Part shown: positions 30,809 through 41,159 of the stretch, in pieces
Numbering within the stretch: position 1 is the stretch's first letter
Layout of the letters: each line of letters starts with the position of its first letter
Source: an uncultured delta proteobacterium
Lineage (GTDB): Bacteria; Desulfobacterota; Desulfobacteria; Desulfobacterales; JAFDCJ01
Reading direction: 5' to 3'
Assembly (NCBI GenBank): GCA_963769935.1
Contig: CAVYNY010000016.1
Location: 192,001-256,000 of the forward strand
Length of the DNA: 64,000 bases
Position numbers and translations under genes: made by a program
The notes under the pieces: generated by a model
Database searches by the model: none
What the model saw: the letters and a program-made list of their open reading frames with translations, nothing else
What the model was told of the DNA's origin: nothing

Positions 30809-33800
30809 ATGAAATGCCCAAACTGTCAGACCATGAACCCGGCCGGCGCCAAATATTGCGTTGAATGCGGCAAAGGCTTTGATATTCGCTGCCCCAAGTG
30901 CGGCACCATCACGCCGGCGGGCGGAAAATTCTGCATAAGCTGCGGCCATAGCCTGCAGCGACTGCCGGAGTCCGAATCCATCGACTACTCCCAGCCCCAG
31001 ACGTACACCCCAAAATTTCTGGCTGAAAAGATCCTGACCTCCAGAAGTTCCATCGAAGGCGAGCGCAAGCTGGTGACCGTATTTTTTGCCGACGTGGCCA
31101 ATTTTACGGCCCTATCGGAAAAGCTCGACCCCGAAGAAGTTCACCATCTGATGGATGGCACCTTCAAGATCCTGATGGAAAATATTCACCGGTTTGAAGG
31201 CAGCATCAACCAATTTACCGGTGACGGCGTCATGGCCCTTTTCGGTGCGCCGGTGGCTCACGAAGACCACGCCCAGCGCGCCTGCCATGCAGCCCTGGCC
31301 ATTCAGCGTGCGTTGAAAGATTACGGTGCTGATTTCAAGAAAACTTACGGCATCGATTTTGCCATGCGCATTGGCTTGAATTCGGGTCCGGTGGTCGTCG
31401 GCTCCATCGGCGATGATCTCAGAATGGATTATACGGCCATCGGCAACACCACCAATCTGGCATCGCGCATGGAGACCCTGGCAGAACCGGGGACCATTCT
31501 GGTTTCTACCAGCACCCATAGACTGACGAAAGACTTCTTCCAGTTTGAATCCATTGGAACCGTCAAAATCAAAGGATTGACGGACCCTCAGGAAGCGTAT
31601 CAGTTGATAAAGACCGGTGATGTGGGAACCCGTATCGCGGCGTCAGTGGCCAAAGGTCTGACACCTTTCGTCGGCCGTAAAAATTCCATGAGTGTGTTGC
31701 AGGGAGTCTATGCAAACCTCCAGGCCGGATTTGGACAGGTTGTCGGCATTGTCGGAGAGGCCGGGGTCGGTAAATCGCGCCTGTTGCTGGAATTTATAAA
31801 TTCGCTGGCCGAGGAAAAGTTTACTTATCTGGAAGGCCGCTGTCTGCACTATGGCAGTACAATGAGTTATCTGCCCGTCCTGGACATCATCAGATCCTAT
31901 TTCGAAATCAAAACCAACGACAGCGATTTCATCATCAAGACCAAGCTGGAGACAAGAATCGATAAGCTGAATTCAAACCTGAGGCCGTCGTTGGCTCCCA
32001 TCGAGGAACTTTTGGGAATAAAAAACGACGATGAAGCCTTCAGCGGTCTGGACCCCCAGCAGAAACGGGAGCGGACCTTTGAAGCCATCCGGGATCTTTT
32101 CTTGCGCATCAGCCAGGAACACCCGCTGATTATAGCGGTCGAAGATTTACACTGGATCGACAGGACCTCGGAGGATTTCCTGGACTATCTGCTCGGGTGG
32201 CTCGCCAACAGCAAAATCATGCTCCTTTTGCTGTATCGTCAGGAATATACCCATCACTGGGGCAGCAAATCCTACTACACCCAGATCGGCCTGAGCCAGC
32301 TGCGCACAGCTTCCAGCACCAAACTGCTTCAAGCCATCCTGGAAGGCAATGAAATTGCCCCCGAAATCAGGGAGCTTATCCTGGCCAGAGCCGCAGGCAA
32401 CCCGCTATTCATCGAAGAATTTACCCGGACGCTGCTGGAAAACGGCACCATCAAATGCGAGGAACGCTGCTATATCCTTGATCGCCGGGCAGCTCAGATG
32501 GATGTGCCCGACACCATCCAGGGACTGATTGCCGCCCGCATAGACCGTCTGGAGGAAAATATCAAGCGTACCATGCAGGTCGCCTCGGTAATCGGCCGGG
32601 ATTTTGCCTATCGCATCCTGCAATCCACCACCGGCATGCACGACGAACTTAAAGCCTACCTTCTCAACCTTCAGGTTCTGGAGTTTATCTATGAAAAATG
32701 CCTGTTCCCGGAGCTGGAATACATCTTCAAACACGCACTGATCCAGGAGGTGACCTATTACAGTCTTCTGACGGCACGCCGCAAAGAACTGCACCGCAAA
32801 GTCGGACAGGCCATGGCAGAGCACTTTGCGGGCCGCTTAAACGAATACAGCAATGTTATCGGCGAACACTTTTTGCGCGGCGAAGACTGGGAACGCGCCT
32901 ACGTTTATCTCAGCCGGGCCGGCGATGCGGCTATCCGGCTCTATGCACATGCCGAGGCCAGAACTCACTTCACCGATTCTCTCGAGGCGCTGGAACACAT
33001 GGAAGATACAGAAAAAAACGTCAGGCGGCAGATTGATACCATCATCAAACTGACAGGGTCTTCATGGCTGACAGATCCGGCGGATGTTCTTCTAAAGCGT
33101 CTGGACAAAGCCGAACGCCTGCTATCCTCATTGTCGGATTCGGCTGAACGATCACCTGAAGACGCATTGTTCCTGGCGCGCGTCCATTTCTGGAAGGGCC
33201 GGGCTTATTATCAGCGCGGTGATATGAGAGAAGCTCTCGGCTATTACAAGCAGGTCCTGCCGGTAGCCCAGCAGGCGGACGATGCGGAACTTCTGGTTAT
33301 CCCTACGGGTGCGATCGGCCAGGCCTTGGTGGTGCAGGGCCATCTGGAAAAGGGCACCACCATGCTCAGTCAGGCTATTCCGGTGTTTGCAAAGATGGCG
33401 CGTTGGCCGCAGTGGATCCAGGCTAAAAGCTTTTACGGTGCTGCAATTGCCGGCATGGGCGACTGGAAGCAGGGGCTGTCCGAAGGTCAGGACGCGCTGA
33501 CCAAGTCCCACGAATTTAGATCTTTCACCGGAATCGGTGTCAGCCAGAATTGTATCGGGTATGCGTATTTGTTTGGCGGAGAACCGCAGCGGGCCATGGA
33601 GGCGGCCCAAGCCGCCGTGGAGGCCGCCAAGCAATCAAAAGATCTTATTTATCAGTATGTGGGTTATGCGCTCTGGGCTTGGTCTGCAGGCCGTTGCGGA
33701 CAATTGGATATCGCCGCTGATAAGATGATTAGATCGGACGAAGTGGCCCGGCAACTGGGCGGTAAAGTCATCATGAGCGACGTATCCCTGGCAGCCAGGG

Positions 33801-34177
33801 CCGAAATTACCCTTTTAAAAGGGGAATGGACCGAAGCAATCGAGCTGGCCAGGCAGACCCTGGAAGTCGCCCAAATGACGGGAGCCGCCTGGTCGGCAGG
33901 GGTTGCCTATCGCGTGTGGGGGCAGGCTCTGGTAAACCTTGATCCGCCGGGCTGGGAAGAGGCCGAGAAACAATTTGCGGAAAGCATCAAGGTTTTGGAA
34001 ATCGGAAAAAATCGACTGGAAGCGGCCCGAACGCACCTGGTCTGGGGCAAAGTATGCCGTGACCACGGCGATACAGCTGCGGCACACTATCACTGGGAGC
34101 TGGCCAACCGGCAGTTTACGGAAAGCGATTCCACCCAGGAAATACAGAAAGTTCAGCAGCTGATGGCGGCACTTTAG
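30809..34177 (+). CDS. Double zinc ribbon + class III nucleotide cyclase + STAND-type AAA ATPase + TPR protein
   Basis: Four CxxC pairs, FADVANFT, FTGDGVMALFG, NLASRME, Walker A GEAGVGKS, Walker B VEDLHW, GNPLF and a helical C-terminus. GGAG RBS at 30797. Confidence 0.93.
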   Translation: MKCPNCQTMNPAGAKYCVECGKGFDIRCPKCGTITPAGGKFCISCGHSLQRLPESESIDYSQPQTYTPKFLAEKILTSRSSIEGERKLVTVFFADVANFTALSEKLDPEEVHHLMDGTFKILMENIHRFEGSINQFTGDGVMALFGAPVAHEDHAQRACHAALAIQRALKDYGADFKKTYGIDFAMRIGLNSGPVVVGSIGDDLRMDYTAIGNTTNLASRMETLAEPGTILVSTSTHRLTKDFFQFESIGTVKIKGLTDPQEAYQLIKTGDVGTRIAASVAKGLTPFVGRKNSMSVLQGVYANLQAGFGQVVGIVGEAGVGKSRLLLEFINSLAEEKFTYLEGRCLHYGSTMSYLPVLDIIRSYFEIKTNDSDFIIKTKLETRIDKLNSNLRPSLAPIEELLGIKNDDEAFSGLDPQQKRERTFEAIRDLFLRISQEHPLIIAVEDLHWIDRTSEDFLDYLLGWLANSKIMLLLLYRQEYTHHWGSKSYYTQIGLSQLRTASSTKLLQAILEGNEIAPEIRELILARAAGNPLFIEEFTRTLLENGTIKCEERCYILDRRAAQMDVPDTIQGLIAARIDRLEENIKRTMQVASVIGRDFAYRILQSTTGMHDELKAYLLNLQVLEFIYEKCLFPELEYIFKHALIQEVTYYSLLTARRKELHRKVGQAMAEHFAGRLNEYSNVIGEHFLRGEDWERAYVYLSRAGDAAIRLYAHAEARTHFTDSLEALEHMEDTEKNVRRQIDTIIKLTGSSWLTDPADVLLKRLDKAERLLSSLSDSAERSPEDALFLARVHFWKGRAYYQRGDMREALGYYKQVLPVAQQADDAELLVIPTGAIGQALVVQGHLEKGTTMLSQAIPVFAKMARWPQWIQAKSFYGAAIAGMGDWKQGLSEGQDALTKSHEFRSFTGIGVSQNCIGYAYLFGGEPQRAMEAAQAAVEAAKQSKDLIYQYVGYALWAWSAGRCGQLDIAADKMIRSDEVARQLGGKVIMSDVSLAARAEITLLKGEWTEAIELARQTLEVAQMTGAAWSAGVAYRVWGQALVNLDPPGWEEAEKQFAESIKVLEIGKNRLEAARTHLVWGKVCRDHGDTAAAHYHWELANRQFTESDSTQEIQKVQQLMAAL

Positions 34178-34298
34178 TGAGAAGGTAGGAAGGTGAGAAA
34201 TTGAGAGATGGCGAAGTTGTGATGTTCTGAAGATCAAATCCGATTCAACTCAATCAACCAAATCAACTTAATCAACTTAATCAACGATTCAACCAAGC
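34178..34298. repeat. Intergenic periodic arrays (purine octamers, then AATCAACTT nonamers)
   Basis: Same units and order as 872-1190. Confidence 0.8.
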
Positions 34299-34299
34299 G

Positions 34300-35850
34300 A
34301 TGAAAAAGAAGCGGATTTTAATTGTCAACTGCGGTCTGGATGAATTTCGGCTAAATATTCGGCGGGTCAGAAGATTACCGTTTTCCATGGCGCCCGCCTT
34401 TCTGGCCGGTATTCTCTCGCCCGAGCGTTGTGATGTCAAAATTTATGACGAAATCTACAGCGGTCCGCTGGAAGATGAGAAGCGGCTGAGCTGGCCCGAC
34501 ATGCTGATTCTGACCGGGATGAATTCCACATTTGACCGTATGCTGCATTTAACAGCCTATGCGCGTACTAAAAATAATAAAGTGATCGTTGTCGCCGGCG
34601 GACCGATTATTCGTAACATTCCGCAGTTCGCCGGCCGCTTCTTTGACTACCCCTGCACCGGCGACATCGAAACGCTGCGGTTCGTTATTGAAGAGGCCTT
34701 TGGCAGGGAGTACGTTTCGAGCGCATTCCTTGAAAAAGGGTGGTCGATCCCACGCTATGATCTGGCCTATTTTATGAAAGACATGGCGTATGTAGAATCG
34801 AGTCGATACTGCAACTATCGCTGCAATTTTTGCGGCCTCAGCGCCGAAAACAGAAAATATCAGCCGTATGACCTGGCCTATCTGAAAGAACAGTTTGAGG
34901 CCTTGGGAAAACGCAAGCTGGTGCTTTTTTTGGACAATAATTTCGGCGGCCCCAATCGCCGCTTTTTAATTCAACGATTGAAACTGCTGAAAGAATTGCA
35001 CGAGAAAAAATCATTCTGGCGCTGGAGCGCCCTGGTTTCCAATGACTTCTTCTTTGAAGATGAAAATCTGGAACTCGCCCGTAATTCCGGCTGTGTGGGA
35101 CTTTTCAGCGGTGTCGAATCTTTTGACGAACAAGCTTTGCTCAATTTTAACAAGCATCAGAATATCCACATACCCCAGGTCGAGCTCATAAAAAAATGCC
35201 TTGAAGCCGGCATTAACTTTTTTTACGGCATGCTGGTCGACGTTTCGACCAGATCGCTGCACGATATAAAGAAGGAATTGGACTTTTTGCTCGACACGCC
35301 GCACATAACGCTGCCGGCCTTCGTCACCCTGGCTATTCCTCTGTTGGGAACTCCGTTTTTCTATGACTGTGTCAGGCAAAAACGATTTTTGCCGAATGTC
35401 AAGCTGCGGGATCTTGACGGCAAAACCCTGTCGTTGAAACCGATCGATCCCCTGCCGAAAGTTGTACGGTTCGTCAAAGATATCCAGTGCCTCGCCGGCT
35501 ATCGCACCCGCATACTTCGACATCAAAAAGAATTTTTTCGAATATACAGAAAACGGCTGCCGCCGGAGGCGATGTTCACCGAGATTTTCAACAGCCTGCT
35601 GCTCGCCGCACCGAATCTGGCCACGGCCCCCACCGCCATCGGCCGCGTGCTGATGAGCAGATTCAAGTACAAACGTACCTTTCTGAGTACAACCGAGGCT
35701 CTGGATCCGGCCTATACTCCGGCCTTTCGGGTTGACGCCCGCTACGCGTCTTACTTCCAACCAACCATGCTGACAGACAGCGAAGGCAACCTGGTTGAAG
35801 AACTGCACGCAGATCTATCCGAAAAGATGCCGGCCGGGTTGGCCAACTAG
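34300..35850 (+). CDS. Radical SAM protein with a putative cobalamin-binding N-terminal domain
   Basis: CNYRCNFC motif, VIVVAGG, FLDNNF and GVESF. Confidence 0.88.
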   Translation: MKKKRILIVNCGLDEFRLNIRRVRRLPFSMAPAFLAGILSPERCDVKIYDEIYSGPLEDEKRLSWPDMLILTGMNSTFDRMLHLTAYARTKNNKVIVVAGGPIIRNIPQFAGRFFDYPCTGDIETLRFVIEEAFGREYVSSAFLEKGWSIPRYDLAYFMKDMAYVESSRYCNYRCNFCGLSAENRKYQPYDLAYLKEQFEALGKRKLVLFLDNNFGGPNRRFLIQRLKLLKELHEKKSFWRWSALVSNDFFFEDENLELARNSGCVGLFSGVESFDEQALLNFNKHQNIHIPQVELIKKCLEAGINFFYGMLVDVSTRSLHDIKKELDFLLDTPHITLPAFVTLAIPLLGTPFFYDCVRQKRFLPNVKLRDLDGKTLSLKPIDPLPKVVRFVKDIQCLAGYRTRILRHQKEFFRIYRKRLPPEAMFTEIFNSLLLAAPNLATAPTAIGRVLMSRFKYKRTFLSTTEALDPAYTPAFRVDARYASYFQPTMLTDSEGNLVEELHADLSEKMPAGLAN

Positions 35851-35960
35851 GATTGCTTCGTTGAATCTGATTTTTCCTCTCAGAAAATCAGACCCAAAAA
35901 ATAACTCTCTGCGTCCTTTGCGCCTCTGCGGTGAAATTCAGCTATTTTTTCTTCAGTGAA

Positions 35961-37583
35961 TTATAATTTCCGGTTTGCTGTGTCTGGTGATATCAGCTGG
36001 CGATAGTTCATCAACAGATCGGGCTGCAGGGCTTCATTCAAATTGCCCTGTTGATCGGTGAGCATGGTCGGTTTGAAATAGTCCTCATATTTTGATGTGA
36101 GCCGAAATGCCGGCTGATAAACCGAATCCAGCCGTTCGGTTGATCCGACATAAGTCCGGGTGTGCCTACCATAGCCAGGGCCGAAAATACGGCCGAGATC
36201 CGTGCCCAGCGTCGCCAATTTCGGTGTGCAGAGATGAAAAGCACAGTATTGCGCAAAGCCCATCCGCTCCCAGGAGAGGACCGTTCGGTACCTTTTATAG
36301 AAGTCTTTCATATGCCGCACGATTCTTCTCTTATACCCCCTGAGCGTTTGGAAATCTTGCACGAATTGAACAGCCCGCGGCATCGAGTCCAGGGGTTTTA
36401 AGGTTATCGTCGTGCCGTCCAGATCCCTCAATTTGACATTCGGTAAAAATCGTTCTTGTTCGAGGCAATCATAAAAGTAAGGTGTTTTCAAAAGCGGTAT
36501 GGCCAGCGTAACAAAGGCCGGCAGCGTGATGTCCGGATTGCCGACAATGAAATCCAGCTCTGCTTTAAGCTCCGGGATTCGGCGGGTGGTTAGATCCAGG
36601 ACAATGCCATATAAGAAGGTAATGCCGGCGTCCAGACACTTGCGAATCATTTGCACCTGCGGAAGGGTGGTGTTTTGATATTTACGAAAGTGCAAAAGGG
36701 ATTTGCGGTCAAAGGATTCGACGCCGCAAAAAAGGGCCAGGCATCCGCAATTATAAGCCATCTTCAGGTTTTCGTCGTTGAAAAAAAAATCACTGGTAAC
36801 CTCCGCCCCCCAGCGGTGAAAATAGCCGGCTTCGTGTAATTCCTGAAGCAATTCAAAACGGTCCCGCAAAACCTGCCGATCCGGCGATGCAAAATTGTTG
36901 TCGAGAAAATGCACCATCCGCCGTCTGCCGAGGGCCATAAACTGCGCGCGCAGGTATTCTATTTCGTATGGTTGATATTTGCAATCCTCGGCGGTCAGCG
37001 AGCAGTAACTGCACCGGAAGTAACAGTTTCTGCTGGACTCAATATAAGACATTATGGTCATCCAGGGGACCAGATCAAAGCGGGGAACTACCCATCCGGT
37101 TTCTAAATATGATTCGGAAACATAAGACGGCCCGAATACCTCTTTAATGACGTCTGCCAGTTGCTCGATATCTCCCGTACAACAATAGTCAAAGAAATTT
37201 TTCGAGTATTCAGGCAGGGCCCGGATAGCCGATCCGCCCGCCACGACCACTGCTTTGCGGTTTTTCGATTTAACATAGGCGGTCAGATGGAGCATTCTGT
37301 CAAAGGAAGTATTGACGCCTGTCAGCACCAGCATGTCAGGGGCGGACAAAAGACGCTCATTCTCCAGGGGACCGCCGTAAAGCTCGCTGTACAGCGTGAT
37401 GTTGCAGAGGCTGGCAGAAAATAATCCCGCTAAAAAGGCCGGCGTCATGGATTGTGGGATTTTGGTTTTGCGCCGAATCGGGATGCGGAGGTCATCCATA
37501 TAGCAATTGACGATCAGGATGCGTTTTTGAACGCGTACGATAGGTTTTCGCCGGCAGTCGTTCGTGCGTTTGCGGTCTGGCAT
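35961..37583 (-). CDS. Radical SAM protein with a putative cobalamin-binding N-terminal domain; paralog of 34300-35850
   Basis: CYFRCSYC motif. Long shared blocks FDRMLHLTAY, ITLPAFVTLAIPLL and RFLPNVKLRDLDG. Confidence 0.88.
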   Translation of the reverse strand: MPDRKRTNDCRRKPIVRVQKRILIVNCYMDDLRIPIRRKTKIPQSMTPAFLAGLFSASLCNITLYSELYGGPLENERLLSAPDMLVLTGVNTSFDRMLHLTAYVKSKNRKAVVVAGGSAIRALPEYSKNFFDYCCTGDIEQLADVIKEVFGPSYVSESYLETGWVVPRFDLVPWMTIMSYIESSRNCYFRCSYCSLTAEDCKYQPYEIEYLRAQFMALGRRRMVHFLDNNFASPDRQVLRDRFELLQELHEAGYFHRWGAEVTSDFFFNDENLKMAYNCGCLALFCGVESFDRKSLLHFRKYQNTTLPQVQMIRKCLDAGITFLYGIVLDLTTRRIPELKAELDFIVGNPDITLPAFVTLAIPLLKTPYFYDCLEQERFLPNVKLRDLDGTTITLKPLDSMPRAVQFVQDFQTLRGYKRRIVRHMKDFYKRYRTVLSWERMGFAQYCAFHLCTPKLATLGTDLGRIFGPGYGRHTRTYVGSTERLDSVYQPAFRLTSKYEDYFKPTMLTDQQGNLNEALQPDLLMNYRQLISPDTANRKL

Positions 37584-37606
37584 CAGCAATTTTCCAGCAT
37601 CTAGCT

Positions 37607-39433
37607 TTAATTCAAATCCGTGTAGGGGTCATTCATCAGGTAGTAGGGATTGGCTTTTAGCTTTTCCCAGTCTTTGGCGGCCTGAAGGTAGAGGTTTTGG
37701 AAGTGGTCATTTTTCGTCTCAGGGGAATCCTTTTTTTTCATCTCATCCATGTGCCTCAAAAGATTGTAGCACATTGTCGCCTGTCCACAGGCCAAAAGAT
37801 CGGCCATGTCTTCAGTTGCCAGCCAGAATTTGGTGCCGACGGTTGACGCTTTAGCAACCGTATCCCCGCAAAGCTGCTCGACCCCATCCAGCAGTTTGGC
37901 CATGGTTTCATTCGGTTTTTCTGATCTGGCGGCCTGCTTTTCGACCGTGTCTTTATCACGGATGATGCCGTCAATGACATTGATGATAACTTTGCCTTTC
38001 AAGGGCGGCAGATTAAATACCCTTGCCAGCCCAAGAAACCGGATGCGGTTCAAAAAAACATCCGTGCTCATCGCAATGGCCGAACTTAGCCGCGATTCAA
38101 TCAGGTAACCAAGATCAGAAAATTTCCGCCTTTTAAGATACCGCCAGAGTCGGGGTCTCAAATCCGGATTGTTGCGAAAAGTCGGCTGAGAACCAAAGTA
38201 ATTTTTTAAGCGGCCTGACAGGAAAAGACCGCCGCCGACACACACTAATGACAAGAGCAGCGGTATAACGTACATAAACATATCCCCGATGTGGTTTTGC
38301 CAGTGGCCAAAACGATGCGGATCGGAGAGCAGGTTGGAAATGTAAGCGTAGCCCATACACAGGGTCGAACCTGTGAGCAGCACCAGCGTGATGCTGATGA
38401 TCCATTTGAGTTTTTCCAGATCCAGGAACCCAACCTTTTGCGGTTTGGCAGGCATCTCGTAAATGGGTATTTCTCTAAGCGGTGTATCGGATACAATAAA
38501 CAGATCAATATCATGGGCGCGGTGTTCGGCGGGCTCCTCCCGCCCACCGCCTCCAAACATCCCGGCAAGATTTATATCCCGGGGTATGTAGCCATCGTCT
38601 CCTTTTTCGCGGTCACGCCGGCTGTCGTAGGTGAGCCCTAAAATTTTAAGGATGCTGAAGACTCCCTGATTATCATATACGCCGCCGTCCATCAGGGTGA
38701 TGGATCTTTTATCGTCGGGCTTAACGGGGTCTGCGGGCAATAGCCGGCAGATTTCATCACAGATCCTGCGATTTTTGGGAATCGATGTTGTGTCATCCGG
38801 CCAGCGGAAATCATTTGGGAACTCAATTGGTTCAAATCCAACCGGAATACAGGTTGAAGCGGCCAGAATATCGCACAGGCGGGCCTGCTGAGCATAATTG
38901 GCCGGTAAAGGCGCAAATTCGCTCCCGCTGGGTCGATCTTCGCCACTTTTATAAAACCGAAACCCGACGCCTGTCCTAAATTCAGTCGCATTAAATACGA
39001 TTTCTTCCAGATGACTGGGTTCGCCGTCCCAGAAAAGCTTAAAGCGTTGGTCCTGGCAAAAGTTGAAAAGACCGTTATACACCTCGGCCATATTGACAAT
39101 CATGGTCCTGCGCCCGGAGGGAGCCACCGGCTGTTTGTCGTAGGCTTTTTGAAGCAATCCGACGAGCTGGGCGGGGTCCCGCGGAATGGATTCACGCAAT
39201 TCTCTGTACAGCTTCATCAGGGGTCGCTCCCCATCTTTAGGCTGTTTAGCATACACAGCGTACCCCATCCCCACGGCACTGCCGCCTGAAACTGTGGACA
39301 ACATGCGGACATTGTCCAGAAGACCGATTCGGTCGAGGTAAGACATGCTGCCCAGATGAAATCCAACGGCCCGCGTCCCACCGCCCGACAACGTCAGCGC
39401 GATTCTATCAAATGGTTTTCGATGGAGGTTCAT
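37607..39433 (-). CDS. Patatin-like phospholipase with two TM helices
   Basis: LSGGGTRA, STVSGGS nucleophile elbow, LMDGGVYDN and two hydrophobic segments. Confidence 0.9.
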   Translation of the reverse strand: MNLHRKPFDRIALTLSGGGTRAVGFHLGSMSYLDRIGLLDNVRMLSTVSGGSAVGMGYAVYAKQPKDGERPLMKLYRELRESIPRDPAQLVGLLQKAYDKQPVAPSGRRTMIVNMAEVYNGLFNFCQDQRFKLFWDGEPSHLEEIVFNATEFRTGVGFRFYKSGEDRPSGSEFAPLPANYAQQARLCDILAASTCIPVGFEPIEFPNDFRWPDDTTSIPKNRRICDEICRLLPADPVKPDDKRSITLMDGGVYDNQGVFSILKILGLTYDSRRDREKGDDGYIPRDINLAGMFGGGGREEPAEHRAHDIDLFIVSDTPLREIPIYEMPAKPQKVGFLDLEKLKWIISITLVLLTGSTLCMGYAYISNLLSDPHRFGHWQNHIGDMFMYVIPLLLSLVCVGGGLFLSGRLKNYFGSQPTFRNNPDLRPRLWRYLKRRKFSDLGYLIESRLSSAIAMSTDVFLNRIRFLGLARVFNLPPLKGKVIINVIDGIIRDKDTVEKQAARSEKPNETMAKLLDGVEQLCGDTVAKASTVGTKFWLATEDMADLLACGQATMCYNLLRHMDEMKKKDSPETKNDHFQNLYLQAAKDWEKLKANPYYLMNDPYTDLN

Positions 39434-39801
39434 GGTGATCTTTCTCTGTAATATCGGAAGATGCTATAATTTAGGAATATCGAAGGCGGATCGTGTTGTC
39501 AACGCAGATTTTCTGCTTTGCTTACACTGGCAATTTTAACGAAAAGCTATTTCGATACTCTTTTTTCTCATGCTGGGGATGGCAGATCTGAGGCTTTTTG
39601 TCGTTCTAAACGACTTCCTATTTTGCCAATATTTAGAGAAATCGAAAAGTGTCCAGAAATTTTGATTGTGTGAGAAATCGGGCAGGTGTGGAAAGATGGT
39701 GGAGGCTTTCCGGAGAGTTCTACAAAATTTGAGTTATTAATAAAGCACCAGGCGGCCTCGATTAAGTGTATGTCGAAGAAGGTAACCGCCTTAATAACAT
39801 T

Positions 39802-40233
39802 TCAGTCTTTTATCTGATCAACCAACATCCCTATCGCCTTTTCCATTTTGCAGCTAATCCCTATAAATTCCACGCCAATTCCTGAGGGTCCTGAATGCGC
39901 TACTTGACCTCGAAGTTTTATGGGCTTTTTGAGCCCCTCAAGTCTGAAAGTCATTAAAATTTCCTCCCCAAGAGGCAGACTCTTTCGAGTCTCAATAAGA
40001 AGGCCGCTTTGGCTAATATTTTTAATGTAACTTGAGAATACCTGGTTTTCAGTCGCATAGTAAATCGGGATTTGACAAAGTTTGCGATTATGGATTCTTT
40101 TTTCTTTTAAAAAGAGAGATTCAGCACACCCAATGAGTTTTTTCTGTTGATTCTCATCCAGGCTTAGAATTATCTCAAATAACTTAAGGATAGCGGTATT
40201 ATACCTTTTCACTGCATTTCCCGAAACGCTCAT
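39802..40233 (-). CDS. PilZ domain protein
   Basis: RIHNR and NISQSG motifs, GIGVEF. Confidence 0.88.
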   Translation of the reverse strand: MSVSGNAVKRYNTAILKLFEIILSLDENQQKKLIGCAESLFLKEKRIHNRKLCQIPIYYATENQVFSSYIKNISQSGLLIETRKSLPLGEEILMTFRLEGLKKPIKLRGQVAHSGPSGIGVEFIGISCKMEKAIGMLVDQIKD

Positions 40234-40287
40234 TTTATAATACCCTCAACGGTTTGCTATCTGTTTCGATAAAAAGCATGTTAGAAA

Positions 40288-41034
40288 TTATTTTGTGGCC
40301 AATGATCTTAAAATTAAAAACTGCAGTTTAGTTGAACCTATTTTGATTATGTCAAGATTGTTTAATTTAATTGATTCTTTTATAATTTTTTTATTTATCC
40401 GTGGCCTGAAAAATCCTTCGACATAGTTGATATACCAACCATCGGGCGACAAATTAAGGACGGCTGATGTTTTACCAACCCCGAAACCGCTTACCAATAC
40501 ATCGGAATTGGGATCTTTTCCGATCCTGATCATTGGGCCTTTAAGTTGTATCTTTTCTTTTTTTCCGGTTAAATATGATAATACTCCGATATTCTCCCTT
40601 TGCAAATGGCTAATATTTTTATTGGTATCCGACTCAATATTATCTTGATTCTTACTTCTTTCCATCAACTCTCTAAATCTTTTGGTATCTATTTTCATTG
40701 TCTTCGTATTGCCGAAGGTCTTTATTTTTTCCTCTATGATATTATTTGTATTTGAGAATTTTAGGGTATGTTTGCCAATCGTAACAACATCGCCGTCATT
40801 TAGCCAATAGGATTTAATTTGTTGATCATTCACAAAGGACCCGTTTTCACTTTTCATGTCAACGTAAAGAAATTCATTGCCGATAGATTCAATCTTAGCG
40901 TGCTGCGCCGAAACAGCAAGATTGTCTATGACAATATCATTGACGTTGTTTCTACCAATCAGCAAAGTATCACCGGCTCCAATTGGATAATTTCCCAAAC
41001 TTTTATTTTTAAAAAGCAACATTATAGTCGGCAT
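40288..41034 (-). CDS. Tandem FHA domain protein
   Basis: First FHA is canonical (IGR, VSAQH, SENGSFVN); the second is degenerate (IGKD...IKIGSTKL). Confidence 0.9.
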   Translation of the reverse strand: MPTIMLLFKNKSLGNYPIGAGDTLLIGRNNVNDIVIDNLAVSAQHAKIESIGNEFLYVDMKSENGSFVNDQQIKSYWLNDGDVVTIGKHTLKFSNTNNIIEEKIKTFGNTKTMKIDTKRFRELMERSKNQDNIESDTNKNISHLQRENIGVLSYLTGKKEKIQLKGPMIRIGKDPNSDVLVSGFGVGKTSAVLNLSPDGWYINYVEGFFRPRINKKIIKESIKLNNLDIIKIGSTKLQFLILRSLATK

Positions 41035-41112
41035 AATAAGCTCTTCCTTACTCTGTTATATCCACTCCGGCTTTTTCATTTAGCAAAAAAAAATGTATCT
41101 TCACAGTCCTAA

Positions 41113-41139
41113 TTATCGGTATATCTTTACAACCCTTTA
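41113..41139 (-). promoter_or_regulatory. Sigma28-type promoter
   Basis: TAAA-N15-ACCGATAA upstream of the FHA gene. Confidence 0.65.
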
Positions 41140-41159
41140 GCTAATATACGCTGTGGTGA

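Noticed and set aside
30809..39433. Cyclase plus patatin as a CBASS/Pycsar-like defence operon
   Set aside because: The genes are on opposite strands and separated by two radical SAM genes, and the patatin shows no recognisable nucleotide-sensor domain.
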